Positions 29,887 through 40,060 are shown, counted from the first letter of the stretch. The stretch is 64,000 bases of DNA from Candidatus Yanofskybacteria bacterium RIFCSPHIGHO2_01_FULL_43_32 (GCA_001794125.1 MGJF01000002.1:236514-300513), one strand, 5' to 3'. Numbers and translations: made by a program. The notes: a model not told the origin generated them from the sequence alone.

Positions 29887-30231
29887 TTAACCGGCCGGGA
29901 CCCACAGGACTCGGAACACGAACACCCAAGGAAGCACTGCGACGAACAAGCAGAATATCGTGAGTATTGCCACGATGCCGTGAAACTGGCACAGGTGAAG
30001 CCAGATTCCCAATCCTACCGCCACAAGCTTGACCGTCATCAGTCCGAGTCCGATTCCCATTACCGACATCGTCCAGCCAACGACAGGATTGGCTTCCGCG
30101 GCAAGTCCCCAGTTTGTCACCCCGACATAGGTAAGCGCGCCGTCCAAACACTGGACCAGAATAAACGCCACGATAACAATATTGCCGGGTGTGTCCGGTC
30201 TCTTCCAAGAGCTTCTCATAAAACCTCCCAT
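29887..30231 (-). CDS. Small membrane protein, DUF5658-like
   Basis: LDGALTY.G......EANP motif; start may be ATG 30219 after GGAGG. Confidence 0.7.
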   Translation of the reverse strand: MGGFMRSSWKRPDTPGNIVIVAFILVQCLDGALTYVGVTNWGLAAEANPVVGWTMSVMGIGLGLMTVKLVAVGLGIWLHLCQFHGIVAILTIFCLFVAVLPWVFVFRVLWVPAG

Positions 30232-30340
30232 ACGCTTGAGCGTGTTTTAATGTAAAAACTCTTGATATTTATATTATGCAACATTTCAAGTGATTTTACG
30301 AGCAGTTGTTTTGTCGCTTAAAATCAGCTACAATTAAGCC

Positions 30341-30805
30341 GTGGAAATTACTAAAATACCCGACAAAATACTGGCCAAAAAAACCGAAAAGATCGGGTTA
30401 AAAGATATCAAGAACGGCTCATTTAGAGAGCTGGTTTCAGATATGAAAAAATCAATGAAAGATAATGAGGGCATTGGCCTTGCGGCAAATCAAATTAATA
30501 AAGATTTGAGTATTTTTGTTATTGATGAGAAATTGGCGGCCGAGAACAACGTGCCGGATGTCTTTTTCAATCCTGAAATTACCGAATATTCCAGGGACGA
30601 AGACGAACTCGAAGAGGGCTGTCTTTCAATTCCCGGTTACGGCGCCAACATCAGGCGTTCCAAAAAAATAAAAATAAAATCCGTAGACGAGAACGGCAAT
30701 AAGATAAAGCTGAAAGTGAGAGGATTTCTGGCCCGGGTCCTTCAGCATGAAACGGACCACCTGAACGGGATAGTCATTAAAAACAGAGCGGGAAAACAGG
30801 CATAA
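30341..30805 (+). CDS. def: Peptide deformylase
   Basis: GIGLAANQ, EGCLS, HETDH. Confidence 0.97.
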   Translation: MEITKIPDKILAKKTEKIGLKDIKNGSFRELVSDMKKSMKDNEGIGLAANQINKDLSIFVIDEKLAAENNVPDVFFNPEITEYSRDEDELEEGCLSIPGYGANIRRSKKIKIKSVDENGNKIKLKVRGFLARVLQHETDHLNGIVIKNRAGKQA

Positions 30806-30857
30806 AAATAGTGAGGCCCGCCTCACGAGTGAGGCGGGCTTGCGAAGGAAGGAACGG

Positions 30858-31106
30858 TCAGGGTCCTATGATGGTGCCGGCCAGGCCGGCGATGGCCAGA
30901 ATGACCCCAGCCAGAAAGACGTGTTCGCGGCTTTTCACGGCCTTGATCTGCTGGTTAAAGAGCCAGCTATCCAGGATCGGATAATCGGCCCACATGCTTT
31001 GCGGCTTTAACAAAGCTGCGAAGCACAGACCGGCGCCTGTCAGCGCCGTCAACATCGACATCGACATCGGGGTCGACGAGATGTAGGACGAGAGGTAGTT
31101 CAACAT
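30858..31106 (-). CDS. Small two-TM hypothetical protein
   Basis: Own TTGACT/TATAAT promoter and GGAGG; hairpin at 30816-30839. Confidence 0.6.
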   Translation of the reverse strand: MLNYLSSYISSTPMSMSMLTALTGAGLCFAALLKPQSMWADYPILDSWLFNQQIKAVKSREHVFLAGVILAIAGLAGTIIGP

Positions 31107-31159
31107 TTGTCATTATCCTCCAGTTTTTATATTATACCATATTTAAACATAATAAGTCA

Positions 31160-32026
31160 ATGGGAGAAAGACGTCTAAAAACAGTGTTTTTCGGCACTCC
31201 GGGCTTTACCGCCCCGGTTTTAAAAGCCCTCCTGAACAACGGCGGATACGACATTGTGGCCGTTTTCACGGGCAGAGGACCGCTTGCAAAACTTGCCGAA
31301 GAACACGGCATAAAAGTTTATCAGCCGGTTTCTTTGAAGAAAGACGACCTGGTATTTGAAGAATTCAAAAATTTAAAACCCGACATCTGCGTCGTGGCCG
31401 CTTACGGCAAAATATTTTCCAAAAGATTTTTGGACATCCCCCGTTACGGATTCGTGAATGTCCACCCTTCTCTTCTTCCCGAATACCGCGGTCCGTCCCC
31501 TATCCAGACTGCGCTTCTTAACGGCGACAAAGAGACCGGCGCCGCAATCATGCTGATAGACGAAAAGATCGACCACGGCCCTCTTCTGGCCGAAGAAAAA
31601 TACGATATCGGCGTCGGCAAAGACCTTGTTGAAATATCCGAGGAACTTTTCGGGCTTGGAGCCAAACTGCTCATAAAAACACTGCCCGGTTATATCGGCG
31701 GGGATATAAAACCGCGGGAACAGGACCATAGCAAGGCCACGTTCACAAAAATATTTACCCGGGGAGACGGCAGAATAAACTGGAACGATCCGGCGCAAGA
31801 AATTTATAACCGTATCCGGGCGTTGAATCCCGAACCGGGAACATGGACCCTCCTTCGCTCCTCCGGAGCTTCGGAAGAACAAACAAAGATTATAAACATT
31901 AAAAGTGCCGAGATTGTAAACGGAAAACTTCAAATTAAAACGATTCAAATGGAAGGGAAAAAAGAAATGCCTTTTGAAGAATTCCTCCGCGGCCACCCTG
32001 ATTTTGACATCTCGCAACTAAAATAA
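31160..32026 (+). CDS. fmt: Methionyl-tRNA formyltransferase
   Basis: FFGTPGF, VAAYGKI, NVHPSLLPEYRGPSPIQ. Confidence 0.96.
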   Translation: MGERRLKTVFFGTPGFTAPVLKALLNNGGYDIVAVFTGRGPLAKLAEEHGIKVYQPVSLKKDDLVFEEFKNLKPDICVVAAYGKIFSKRFLDIPRYGFVNVHPSLLPEYRGPSPIQTALLNGDKETGAAIMLIDEKIDHGPLLAEEKYDIGVGKDLVEISEELFGLGAKLLIKTLPGYIGGDIKPREQDHSKATFTKIFTRGDGRINWNDPAQEIYNRIRALNPEPGTWTLLRSSGASEEQTKIINIKSAEIVNGKLQIKTIQMEGKKEMPFEEFLRGHPDFDISQLK

Positions 32027-32049
32027 AACCCGCCGGAGAGGCGGGTTTT
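32025..32049. terminator. Bidirectional intrinsic terminator
   Basis: aaaacccgcc-ggaga-ggcgggtttt between convergent genes. Confidence 0.75.
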
Positions 32050-32052
32050 ATT

Positions 32053-33318
32053 TTAGAGCACTATCGGCTTGTCGGTTTTATACGCGGCAAGTTCGGTTTG
32101 GTTTATGGGAGCAATCTGTTCAAGGTCTATTTTCATTCTCTTAACGGCTTGAGGCGTAACATATCTTTTGGTCTTTCCCTGAATAATCTGAAAGACGTCG
32201 CGATTAAGGGGATTTTCTAAAAACACGAATTGGTTCTGGGGATAGAAGTTAAATTCCTTCTTGCTGATTATAATTATATCCTCATCTCTGTCTCCATAAG
32301 AGCCGGAAACGTTTTTGTCGGGAATAAGGCGTATCATTCCTCCTTCGGTAAAGTAATATGTCTTCTTTTTGTTGCCCGTAATCTGTATCAATTTAATTCT
32401 TGGAAATTTGTCGAGTTGTTTTTGGGTTATGTCTTGAATTTGTTCAACCTTGAATCCATAGTCATAAAATATGTCCATTGTCGGAATCAAGTGTTTTTTG
32501 CCGCCGACTATTTCATATATTTCTGTTTGCCCCTTAACCTTAACCAGGTTGACCAAGTCGCTGCCTTCCTGTTTTTTGCCTGCGGTATAAATGGTAGCCG
32601 CTAAATTGGAATTGTTTCCGGAATTATTCGAGGTATTTGAGCTCGCTGTCGTAACGGTCGCAGAAGTCGGGATAACGGTCTGCGCAGACTTGGCATAAGT
32701 GGCGGGTGAAGCCGCATTACAGCCAAGACCGACCAGTGACAACGCGCTGCAGACATAAGAGTTTATATCGCCGCCATTACTTAAAACACCGTTGCTGTTA
32801 TATCCCGAATTGCTGTAAACGTTGTTTTGGTTTACCGCCAAAGTGTCGCTTACCGTGTAAGCAAGGTATACCGAGTCAACGGAAGCGCTTTGAACAAGCA
32901 AACTTTCCCTTGTTATTATCGCTTTCCAGCGCAACTGATTGCCGACAGAGTCAAACGAATAAGTATATCCGGGATTAACCTGCATAAACCTGTATCCGTT
33001 ATCGTTAGAAATGTAATAAACTATCCTGGTATTGGAGGGTATATTGTCTGAAACATCCAAACGCGCGCTTACAATAGCTTTTGAGGAATTGGCCACAACA
33101 CTGGAAATAACGGCCGAAGAAACGGAATCATCGGCGGTAAATGCCCTCCCGCCGCTGATTTTGGCTCTGGTTTGAAACATGTCCAGATTATAACCGGATG
33201 ACAGGTCATCTGAATATGCAAAAACCTGGTCGGCTAAAACCGGAAAAGCGGTCAAAGATATTGCTGTCAAAATAACCGGCACAACAAAATACTTGAGTTT
33301 TATATTAGAATTAAACAT
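32053..33318 (-). CDS. Secreted protein with S/T/N-rich linker and three C-terminal repeats
   Basis: Signal peptide; repeated IY.I.GGKKH.IP....F..YG-type units. Confidence 0.75.
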   Translation of the reverse strand: MFNSNIKLKYFVVPVILTAISLTAFPVLADQVFAYSDDLSSGYNLDMFQTRAKISGGRAFTADDSVSSAVISSVVANSSKAIVSARLDVSDNIPSNTRIVYYISNDNGYRFMQVNPGYTYSFDSVGNQLRWKAIITRESLLVQSASVDSVYLAYTVSDTLAVNQNNVYSNSGYNSNGVLSNGGDINSYVCSALSLVGLGCNAASPATYAKSAQTVIPTSATVTTASSNTSNNSGNNSNLAATIYTAGKKQEGSDLVNLVKVKGQTEIYEIVGGKKHLIPTMDIFYDYGFKVEQIQDITQKQLDKFPRIKLIQITGNKKKTYYFTEGGMIRLIPDKNVSGSYGDRDEDIIIISKKEFNFYPQNQFVFLENPLNRDVFQIIQGKTKRYVTPQAVKRMKIDLEQIAPINQTELAAYKTDKPIVL

Positions 33319-33390
33319 GACAATAGTATATCATATTTTATTATTTATGTCAAAGTGGTTAATTTTATTTAATTCTACTATAATTTCTGT

Positions 33391-34107
33391 GTGGTTAACC
33401 AGCAAACAATTTTGAGTGTAGAAAACTTGGGAGTAAAATTTGATAATAATGAGATCCTAAGAGGGCTTAATTTTATTGTTCAAAAGGAGGACGTTTTGGC
33501 CATTGTCGGCCCTAATGGAGCCGGTAAATCGGTATTGTTCAGAGCGCTTCTGGGGTTAATTCCCTATTCCGGCAAGATCCAGTGGGCTCCCGGCCTGAAG
33601 ATAAGTTACGTTCCCCAGAAATTCAACATCGACAAAGACCTCCCCTTAAGCGTTGAAGAATTTTTGAAATTTAAAGAAAAAAATCCCAAGAAAATAATCG
33701 GCGCCTTGAAATCGGTTGGCATAACCGATGAACACCACATTGAACATCATGTCTTAAAAGAAAGGGTCGGCTGGCTGTCCGGAGGCCAAATCCAGAGAGT
33801 TTTAATCGCCTGGTCTATTTTGAATAATCCTGACGTTCTTTTGTTTGACGAACCCACTGCCGGAATCGATGTCGGAGGAGAAGAAACAATTTATAATCTT
33901 CTGAAAAAATTAAAAGACGAAAGAGGTTTTACCGTCCTGTTAATTTCCCACGACCTGAACATTGTTTACAAATATGCCAATAATGTCATCTGCGTAAATA
34001 AGGAGATGGTTTGCCACGGCGAACCGAATGTGGTTCTTGATCCGGCTTCTCTTGCCAAGCTTTACGGCGGGGAAACGAGTTTCTATAAACATGAACATTT
34101 TCACTAA
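33391..34107 (+). CDS. znuC: Zn/Mn ABC transporter ATPase
   Basis: GPNGAGKS, LSGGQIQRV, DEPTAGID, His-rich tail. Confidence 0.9.
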   Translation: MVNQQTILSVENLGVKFDNNEILRGLNFIVQKEDVLAIVGPNGAGKSVLFRALLGLIPYSGKIQWAPGLKISYVPQKFNIDKDLPLSVEEFLKFKEKNPKKIIGALKSVGITDEHHIEHHVLKERVGWLSGGQIQRVLIAWSILNNPDVLLFDEPTAGIDVGGEETIYNLLKKLKDERGFTVLLISHDLNIVYKYANNVICVNKEMVCHGEPNVVLDPASLAKLYGGETSFYKHEHFH

Positions 34108-34864
34108 TCTCCTGTCTTTACAGCTTTTGGTCGGAATACTTACCGGCTTGGGAGCCGGCTATCTTGGTTCGTTCATGATATTGAAAAGGATGTCTCTTGT
34201 CGGAGACGTCATCTCGCATGTTGCCCTGCCCGGAATCGCTATCGCCCTTATTTTTAAAGTTAATCCTTTTTTAGGCGCCTTTACCGCTTTATTTTTAGCC
34301 GTTATTGGAATATGGATTCTGGAAAGAAAAACCGAACTGCCGTCAGAAACCTTGGTGGGGATATTTTTTGCGTTGAGCTTGGCCTTAGGAATTTTAATAA
34401 CACCCGAACCGGAACTGCTGGAAGCATTGTTCGGCGACATTTCTAAAATAGGCCCTGTGGATGTTTTTTTAACCGCCGCTCTGATTGCCGTCATATTTTT
34501 TACAATGTTCCGGATATACCGGGGATTGACCTTGAGCGTAGTCTCCAAACAACTCGCTCAATCCATGGGAATTAATGTTTCAAGGACAAATTTTTTGTTT
34601 CTTTTTTTGGTAGCCGTCATTGTCGCTCTTGGACTTAAGGTGACCGGAATATTTCTGACGGGGGCCTTGGTCATAGTTCCCGCCGCGGCGGCTAAAAATG
34701 TTTCCATCGGTTTAGCCGGTTTTACCAGATCGGCGGCATTATTCGGGGGCATGTCCGCTTTGGGGGGGATTTTATTCGCGAGCCATTTTAATCTTCATCC
34801 CGGACCCATCGTGGTTCTGGCCAGCGGAGTTATATTCCTCATCACTCTTTTGTTTAAAAAATAA
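34091..34864 (+). CDS. znuB: Zn/Mn ABC transporter permease
   Basis: GDVISHVALPG, LFGDI, PAAAA. Confidence 0.9.
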   Translation: MNIFTNLLSLQLLVGILTGLGAGYLGSFMILKRMSLVGDVISHVALPGIAIALIFKVNPFLGAFTALFLAVIGIWILERKTELPSETLVGIFFALSLALGILITPEPELLEALFGDISKIGPVDVFLTAALIAVIFFTMFRIYRGLTLSVVSKQLAQSMGINVSRTNFLFLFLVAVIVALGLKVTGIFLTGALVIVPAAAAKNVSIGLAGFTRSAALFGGMSALGGILFASHFNLHPGPIVVLASGVIFLITLLFKK

Positions 34865-34910
34865 GCCGTGGCTTGTTTTTTTGTTAATTTTCAGTTAACG
34901 TATACGCAAC

Positions 34911-35486
34911 ATGAGCTTGGGCGTAAATGAACTAAAGCCTAAAACGTTTTTAATATACGAGGGTCAGCCCTATGCTGTTTTGGAAACCCATCATTTGAAA
35001 ATGCAGCAGAGACGGCCTACCGTGCAGGTTAAAATGCGCAACGTGGTAAACGGCAAAACCCTCGAAAGGAATTTCGCCCAATCTGATGTTTTTGAAGAGG
35101 CCGATATTGAGCGCCAAAAAGTTAAATTTTTATACAACCACAAAGACCAGTATTGGTTTTCTTATGAGGATGAGTCCTCAAAAAGATTCCTGCTTACCGA
35201 AGAATTAATCGGGGAAGCCACCAAATTCTTAAAAGCTAATACCGTCCTTGATGCCATTGAATATAATGGCGTCATTATTAACATTGAACTTCCTGTTAAA
35301 ATGGAATTTAAAGTTTTGGAAGCTCCTCCCGCGATCCGAGGCGACACCGCTCAGGGCGGAGTAAAACAGGTCAAAATAGAGACCGGCGCCTACTTGAACG
35401 TCCCGTTATTCATAAATCAGGATGATATTATCCGCATAAACACCGAAACAGGACAGTACGTTGAACGGGTTGAAAAAGGTAAATAA
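34911..35486 (+). CDS. efp: Elongation factor P
   Basis: RGDTAQGG.K...ETG...VPLFI...INT.TG.YVER. Confidence 0.95.
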   Translation: MSLGVNELKPKTFLIYEGQPYAVLETHHLKMQQRRPTVQVKMRNVVNGKTLERNFAQSDVFEEADIERQKVKFLYNHKDQYWFSYEDESSKRFLLTEELIGEATKFLKANTVLDAIEYNGVIINIELPVKMEFKVLEAPPAIRGDTAQGGVKQVKIETGAYLNVPLFINQDDIIRINTETGQYVERVEKGK

Positions 35487-35500
35487 AAGATCCAACCCCT

Positions 35501-36457
35501 ATGACTTCAGATAAAATAAGAGTGGTCTGTTTCGGAGGAGGTACGGGATTGCCAACCCTGCTTTCGGGGATTAAAGCGAATCCTTTCTTTGAGATATCGG
35601 CCATCGTGACAATGTTTGATACCGGGGGAAGTTCGGGAAAACTTAAAGATAAATTCGGCATACTTCCTCCCGGTGATATTCTAAAATGTATTTTGGCCCT
35701 ATCAAAAAACGAACAGGCCACGCGTGAGATATTCCTGAAAAGAATTACGGATATAAATTATCCGGGCCATACCGGCGGCAATATTCTTTTGCTTGGCCTT
35801 GAAAAGGTCTACGGCAGCCTGACAACGGCTATTAACGCCCTCGGCGAAATATTATCAGCCTCCGGCAAGGTGTACCCCGTAACACTTGCCAAAAGCACTC
35901 TTTGCGCGGAATTTTCAGACGGAACAACCGTAAAAGGAGAAACCCTTATAGATGTGGGGATATTTGAGGGCAAAGCAGTAAAAAAACTTTTTCTTAATCC
36001 GAGCATTAAAGCCAACCCCAAGGCTTTATCAGCCATAAAAAAGGCGGACATATTGATAATGGGTCCCGGCAGTTTTTACACCAGCCTTCTTCCTAATTTT
36101 CTGCCTCAAGGCGTCAAGGAAGCTATAAAGGAATCCGAAGCAAAAACAATTTATGTCTGCAATCTCTTGACCGAAGGTTATGGAATGAAAAATTACAAAA
36201 TGGATACTTTCATAAAAACAGTTGAATCATATGCCGGCCGTAAAATTGACAGGGTTATAGCAAATTCTCATATTCCTTCAAAGCGTCTCGGCGAATATGC
36301 CGCAGAAAGAAAATATCCCGTCAAAATATCTGGCAAATTTCCAAAAAATAAAATTGTGGCAGCGAATCTCTGGACCGACTCTAATTTGGCCCGGCATGAC
36401 CAAAAAAAATTATCTTACCTTATAGACAGAGTTGTTTTTAGTCTTCTGAACCTCTAA
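35501..36457 (+). CDS. YvcK/GlmR (CofD-like) protein
   Basis: GGGTG, D.GGSSG.L, PPGD, GPGSFYTS, ARHD. Confidence 0.9.
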   Translation: MTSDKIRVVCFGGGTGLPTLLSGIKANPFFEISAIVTMFDTGGSSGKLKDKFGILPPGDILKCILALSKNEQATREIFLKRITDINYPGHTGGNILLLGLEKVYGSLTTAINALGEILSASGKVYPVTLAKSTLCAEFSDGTTVKGETLIDVGIFEGKAVKKLFLNPSIKANPKALSAIKKADILIMGPGSFYTSLLPNFLPQGVKEAIKESEAKTIYVCNLLTEGYGMKNYKMDTFIKTVESYAGRKIDRVIANSHIPSKRLGEYAAERKYPVKISGKFPKNKIVAANLWTDSNLARHDQKKLSYLIDRVVFSLLNL

Positions 36458-36998
36458 ATTTTTTATTTCTTCTCATGAAAGAAACGACCGCGATAGGCGC
36501 CAAGAACCAATAAAATAATGCCTCGTGAGTTGAGAAATACTCGGAAACATAAGACAGATTGCCCGATATTTTTAAAACGCTCACCGGAACTATGTTTGTG
36601 GTTATTGTAATCAAAAGTCCTAATTGCATGATACTGATGATGGAAACCGATAAAAAAGATGCCTCTTTGATGGTCAGACGGCTTTTGACAAGAGAGTTGT
36701 TGAGCACGGCGAACACTAATACATAAACAAACAAGAACAATCCGACGCGCGTAATATACAACTCCGGCGATATTTTGATGAGTTCGTGCAAGCGGTCAAG
36801 GTAAGGGAATACCGACATGATTGCGTAAGCGATATAAATCCCCAAAAGAGATATCAGCGCCCGCGTCCTGCCCAAGCTCAACCCGTAAAGCAGTAAAAAT
36901 ATCAGGCCCAAAATGGCAAACAGCCCGGAAGGCCCGAAATTAAAATTAAAAAGATTGGTTATCGCAGCTAAATTAAAATTTGGAATATATTTCTCCAC
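36438..36998 (-). CDS. Hypothetical multi-TM protein
   Basis: 186-aa hydrophobic ORF; TATACT 7 nt before the GTG. Confidence 0.7.
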   Translation of the reverse strand: MEKYIPNFNLAAITNLFNFNFGPSGLFAILGLIFLLLYGLSLGRTRALISLLGIYIAYAIMSVFPYLDRLHELIKISPELYITRVGLFLFVYVLVFAVLNNSLVKSRLTIKEASFLSVSIISIMQLGLLITITTNIVPVSVLKISGNLSYVSEYFSTHEALFYWFLAPIAVVSFMRRNKKFRGSED

Positions 36999-37033
36999 TG
37001 ATTAAAGTATAACACGCTTCTTCAGTTTCGCCT

Positions 37034-37437
37034 CTCCCCATTTCCGACCTGTTGCCTGCGCCTCCGGTCTCCTTCGGACAAATCATCAAATTATTCTCAA
37101 TTTGCTTAATAAATTTCAGTAACCGTTCTTTCTTCATAAGATTCAGGAATTTCCGACTAAAATTTATTGGGATTAAGCAAATTATCAAATAATTTGATGA
37201 TCGTGTTACCCTCGGAGGCAAATGGTCTGAAATGGGGGGAAGCCTGCACTTTAAGTTGACAAGTAAAATCCCAGCCATATCCCTGTCTGAATCACTCCTC
37301 GCAGCGATACGGTAACATAAAGAAGCTGACAGATAGGAAATTGAAGCTATAGTCGAAGCGATCGCTTCAATTTCCGTACATCCGTCAGCTCTTTTGTCGT
37401 ATCGCGGAGATGTGATGAAGAGAGGGATTGGCAGGGA
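37034..37437. repeat. Paired long-hairpin element (family C), locus 2
   Basis: Hairpins 37034-37239 and 37269-37437, homologous to 16339-16721. Confidence 0.88.
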
Positions 37438-37500
37438 ATAAGCAAGTGGGAAAGGTTGAACATAAAGTTTAATTAAAAAAGCCGACGGTGGTCGGCAATA

Positions 37501-37839
37501 CTATTCTCTCATTTCCGGATAGAATTCGGGGCATACATGAGGCCGGCCCGTGGTGGTTCCGCATAGTTGGCAAGAAAATGTTCGTCCTTCTTTTTGGTTT
37601 TGTTCTTGCATAAATTTAACCCCTAAAACCGTAGGGACATAGCGATATCTTTCCGGAATTTGACTGACCAATTGCAGCAGGCCCATAGCGCACATTGCCC
37701 GTAATTCTATCTCCAAGTGACTTTGTTCCTTGTTGAGTTTGGCGGCAATTTCAGGAAGAGTGTGAATATTATGAGCTAATTCCAAAACCTTATCCCAACC
37801 CCTCTCCGCGGCAAATTCAAACAACTTTTCTTTCGTCAT
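37501..37839 (-). CDS. Hypothetical winged-helix-like protein with C-terminal Cys/His motif
   Basis: TLPEIAAKLN..L..M...GLL pattern; CQLCG....HVC. Confidence 0.6.
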   Translation of the reverse strand: MTKEKLFEFAAERGWDKVLELAHNIHTLPEIAAKLNKEQSHLEIELRAMCAMGLLQLVSQIPERYRYVPTVLGVKFMQEQNQKEGRTFSCQLCGTTTGRPHVCPEFYPEMRE

Positions 37840-37929
37840 CCTTGACCTCTTTATATTTCAAGAACCTGATAATTTTTATCAGATAACGAAAAAATTGTCA
37901 AACAAAAAAGCGGCTTCTATTGCCGCCAT

Positions 37930-38523
37930 TTATGATTCTTTTGTCCCGATATTGTTCTCGAACGGCTGACATTCAATCTGGCACCGATTTAATATGTTGA
38001 CGTGTTTATTATATTCCTGCGCATATTTTTTAAATCTTTCCACACCAACAATGCCGATAAGCGCCGAGTTGAAAAATTCGTCATAAAGTCTTAATTCGCC
38101 GGAGCGAAAAGCTCTGACATTGGCGGGTCTTTCTGCCGCCTTCTCAATTGAAGATGCCATTGAGGACGCTATTGATTTCAGGTCTTCTTTGGTAAAATGT
38201 TCCCGGAACCACGGACTCATGATTTCAAGATTATCGCGCGTATACCTGACGACATCAATCATTGCCTTACGAATTGTATCAAAATAGACCAGATAACTCA
38301 CGGGAACAGAAAAATTTGTTCCGGCTGTCATGCGCCCGAAAAGAGTAATTCGGCTTTTAGCCAGAACTATCGTCTCGACAATTTCGGGCAGAGATTCCGG
38401 CTGTCCAACATCTTCCTTGATTATGCCCAGCATAATTTCCTCCATAGACACCCTCAGGGCTTCGTTCAAATCACGACCTGAATAATTTTTAAAGAACACT
38501 TCTCTGACAGCCGCTTCCGTCAT
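37930..38523 (-). CDS. Hypothetical protein
   Basis: About 197-aa ORF, SD-like GGGGA. Confidence 0.6.
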   Translation of the reverse strand: MTEAAVREVFFKNYSGRDLNEALRVSMEEIMLGIIKEDVGQPESLPEIVETIVLAKSRITLFGRMTAGTNFSVPVSYLVYFDTIRKAMIDVVRYTRDNLEIMSPWFREHFTKEDLKSIASSMASSIEKAAERPANVRAFRSGELRLYDEFFNSALIGIVGVERFKKYAQEYNKHVNILNRCQIECQPFENNIGTKES

Positions 38524-38600
38524 TTCATCATCCCCACACAATATAGAGTAACAAAACAATACAACAAAACACCAAGCCAGTCAACACTGGTAAGCAAGCT

Positions 38601-39407
38601 CTACTTAATCCTGATATTCAATACCAAATCCCCTGACATCTTTCCGGCTTTGCCGGTGTTTCCGCCTTTGGGAATAACTATATTGTAATTATTTTCTAAA
38701 TTTTCGGGAATGCGGATTTCCAGTTTCTTTTTGGCTTTAACCCTGCCCGCTCCTTTGCACTTGGAACATTCTTTTTCGGGCATCCTGCCTTTGCCTCGGC
38801 AAGTACCGCAAACACCAATACGGGTAAACATGCCCATCGCAGTCCTTGAGGTATATCTTATCTGGCCGGTGCCATGGCAGGTGTTGCAGGTAATAATTTT
38901 ATATCCCTTGGCAACTCCTTGCCCCGCGCATTCATCGCAGGTTCCAAATGAATCATATTCAACCGTCTTGGTAGTTCCTAAATCTTTTTTGCTTATAGTC
39001 AACTCCAGATACAAATTCTCCCCCTTTGAGTCCTCTTCTTCCTGTTGGGGCTGACGGAATCCGCCGAAAACATCCGAGAACATTTCAAACAAATCCTCGG
39101 CTCCGCCGGTTCGCCCCTGTGAACCGCCGAAGAAATCCCAGAAGTTTCCTCCCTGTCCGCCAAAATCATATCCCCCCTGCTGGAATCCCCCATCACTGTA
39201 ACCAAAACCGAAGTTGTCGTAATTAGACCTCTTCTTTGGATCGGATAAGATTTGATAGGCCTCGTTTATCTCCTTGAACTTCGCCTCATTGCCTGTTTTC
39301 TTATCAGGATGATGCTCGTGGGCCAACTTACGAAATGCTTTCTTAATCTCATCTTCCGAGGCATTTCTCTGAACACCTAATATATTGTAATAATCCTTAT
39401 TTTGCAT
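38601..39407 (-). CDS. dnaJ: Chaperone DnaJ (short, truncated C-terminal domain)
   Basis: J domain HPD, G/F region, four CxxCxGxG. Confidence 0.93.
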   Translation of the reverse strand: MQNKDYYNILGVQRNASEDEIKKAFRKLAHEHHPDKKTGNEAKFKEINEAYQILSDPKKRSNYDNFGFGYSDGGFQQGGYDFGGQGGNFWDFFGGSQGRTGGAEDLFEMFSDVFGGFRQPQQEEEDSKGENLYLELTISKKDLGTTKTVEYDSFGTCDECAGQGVAKGYKIITCNTCHGTGQIRYTSRTAMGMFTRIGVCGTCRGKGRMPEKECSKCKGAGRVKAKKKLEIRIPENLENNYNIVIPKGGNTGKAGKMSGDLVLNIRIK

Positions 39408-39512
39408 AAAAATGGCTTATTTTCTTACTATTTTACACTACTTGACCCCTCACCTTTTGAGCAATTGTGATTATATCACAATTTTGCAGATTTTTGCTCG
39501 AAAGGTGAGGGG

Positions 39513-39542
39513 TTGACAAAATGATTCAATATATGATATAAT
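39513..39542 (+). promoter_or_regulatory. Consensus sigma70 promoter
   Basis: TTGACA-N18-TATAAT with extended TG. Confidence 0.8.
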
Positions 39543-39548
39543 TAAAAC

Positions 39549-39996
39549 ATAGTTACGTAATCGCCGTTTTAGAGGCCCGGCGGCTTGTAGAATAGAGCCT
39601 CAAAGTTCTTCGAAATTCGGGGGGGTGCACGACACGCGACCCGATAGAGGGTTGGCGCGCAGTTCTCTCCCGATACCTGGCCAGAAGGAAAAGATCGGCA
39701 GCGACGAGTGATGCGCAGATGGCGCATCTGTTGTCATGGGCTGTCGACAAGAACCCCTTCTGCGAAAGGCCGGATCAGACGCACCAGGGCGTCCCGGCGT
39801 TATTCGTCTTTTCGGCGGATAAGAACCTGCCTTGTGCATTCACAGGTAGGAATGCATCGTAAAGCGGTAGAGGCCTCAAGCCCAATTCCGCAGCTGGGTA
39901 CGTCAACCCCAGCACGCGTCTTCCTTTTGCGGAGTGGTCTCCTAACCGTGCTTTAGCCGGTTAAGGAACTCTGTCGGGAAGGCGTTTTTTGTTTTT
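39549..39996 (+). ncRNA. Candidate large structured ncRNA, unassigned
   Basis: Strong promoter, GC-rich, many hairpins, ends in stem plus U-run, no credible ORF. Confidence 0.55.
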
Positions 39997-40059
39997 CCCC
40001 GCCGTTGAAAAGAAATGGTTTGCAACAATGCCAAAGGCAGTTTCTTTTCAACGGCGGGG
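39997..40059 (-). terminator. Long hairpin after the convergent gene
   Basis: ccccgccgttgaaaagaaa/tttcttttcaacggcgggg, 19-bp arms. Confidence 0.7.
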
Positions 40060-40060
40060 T

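Noticed and set aside
36973-37278. 101-aa ORF, and similar ORFs at 1454-1654, 13588-13908, 39553-39956 and 50141-50475
   Set aside because: They run through hairpin elements or overlap real genes, lack start signals and have non-protein-like composition
39619-39645. gggggtgcacgacacgcgac resembles a tmRNA 5' end
   Set aside because: No T-arm or CCA acceptor end and no tag-like frame, in either standard or permuted order
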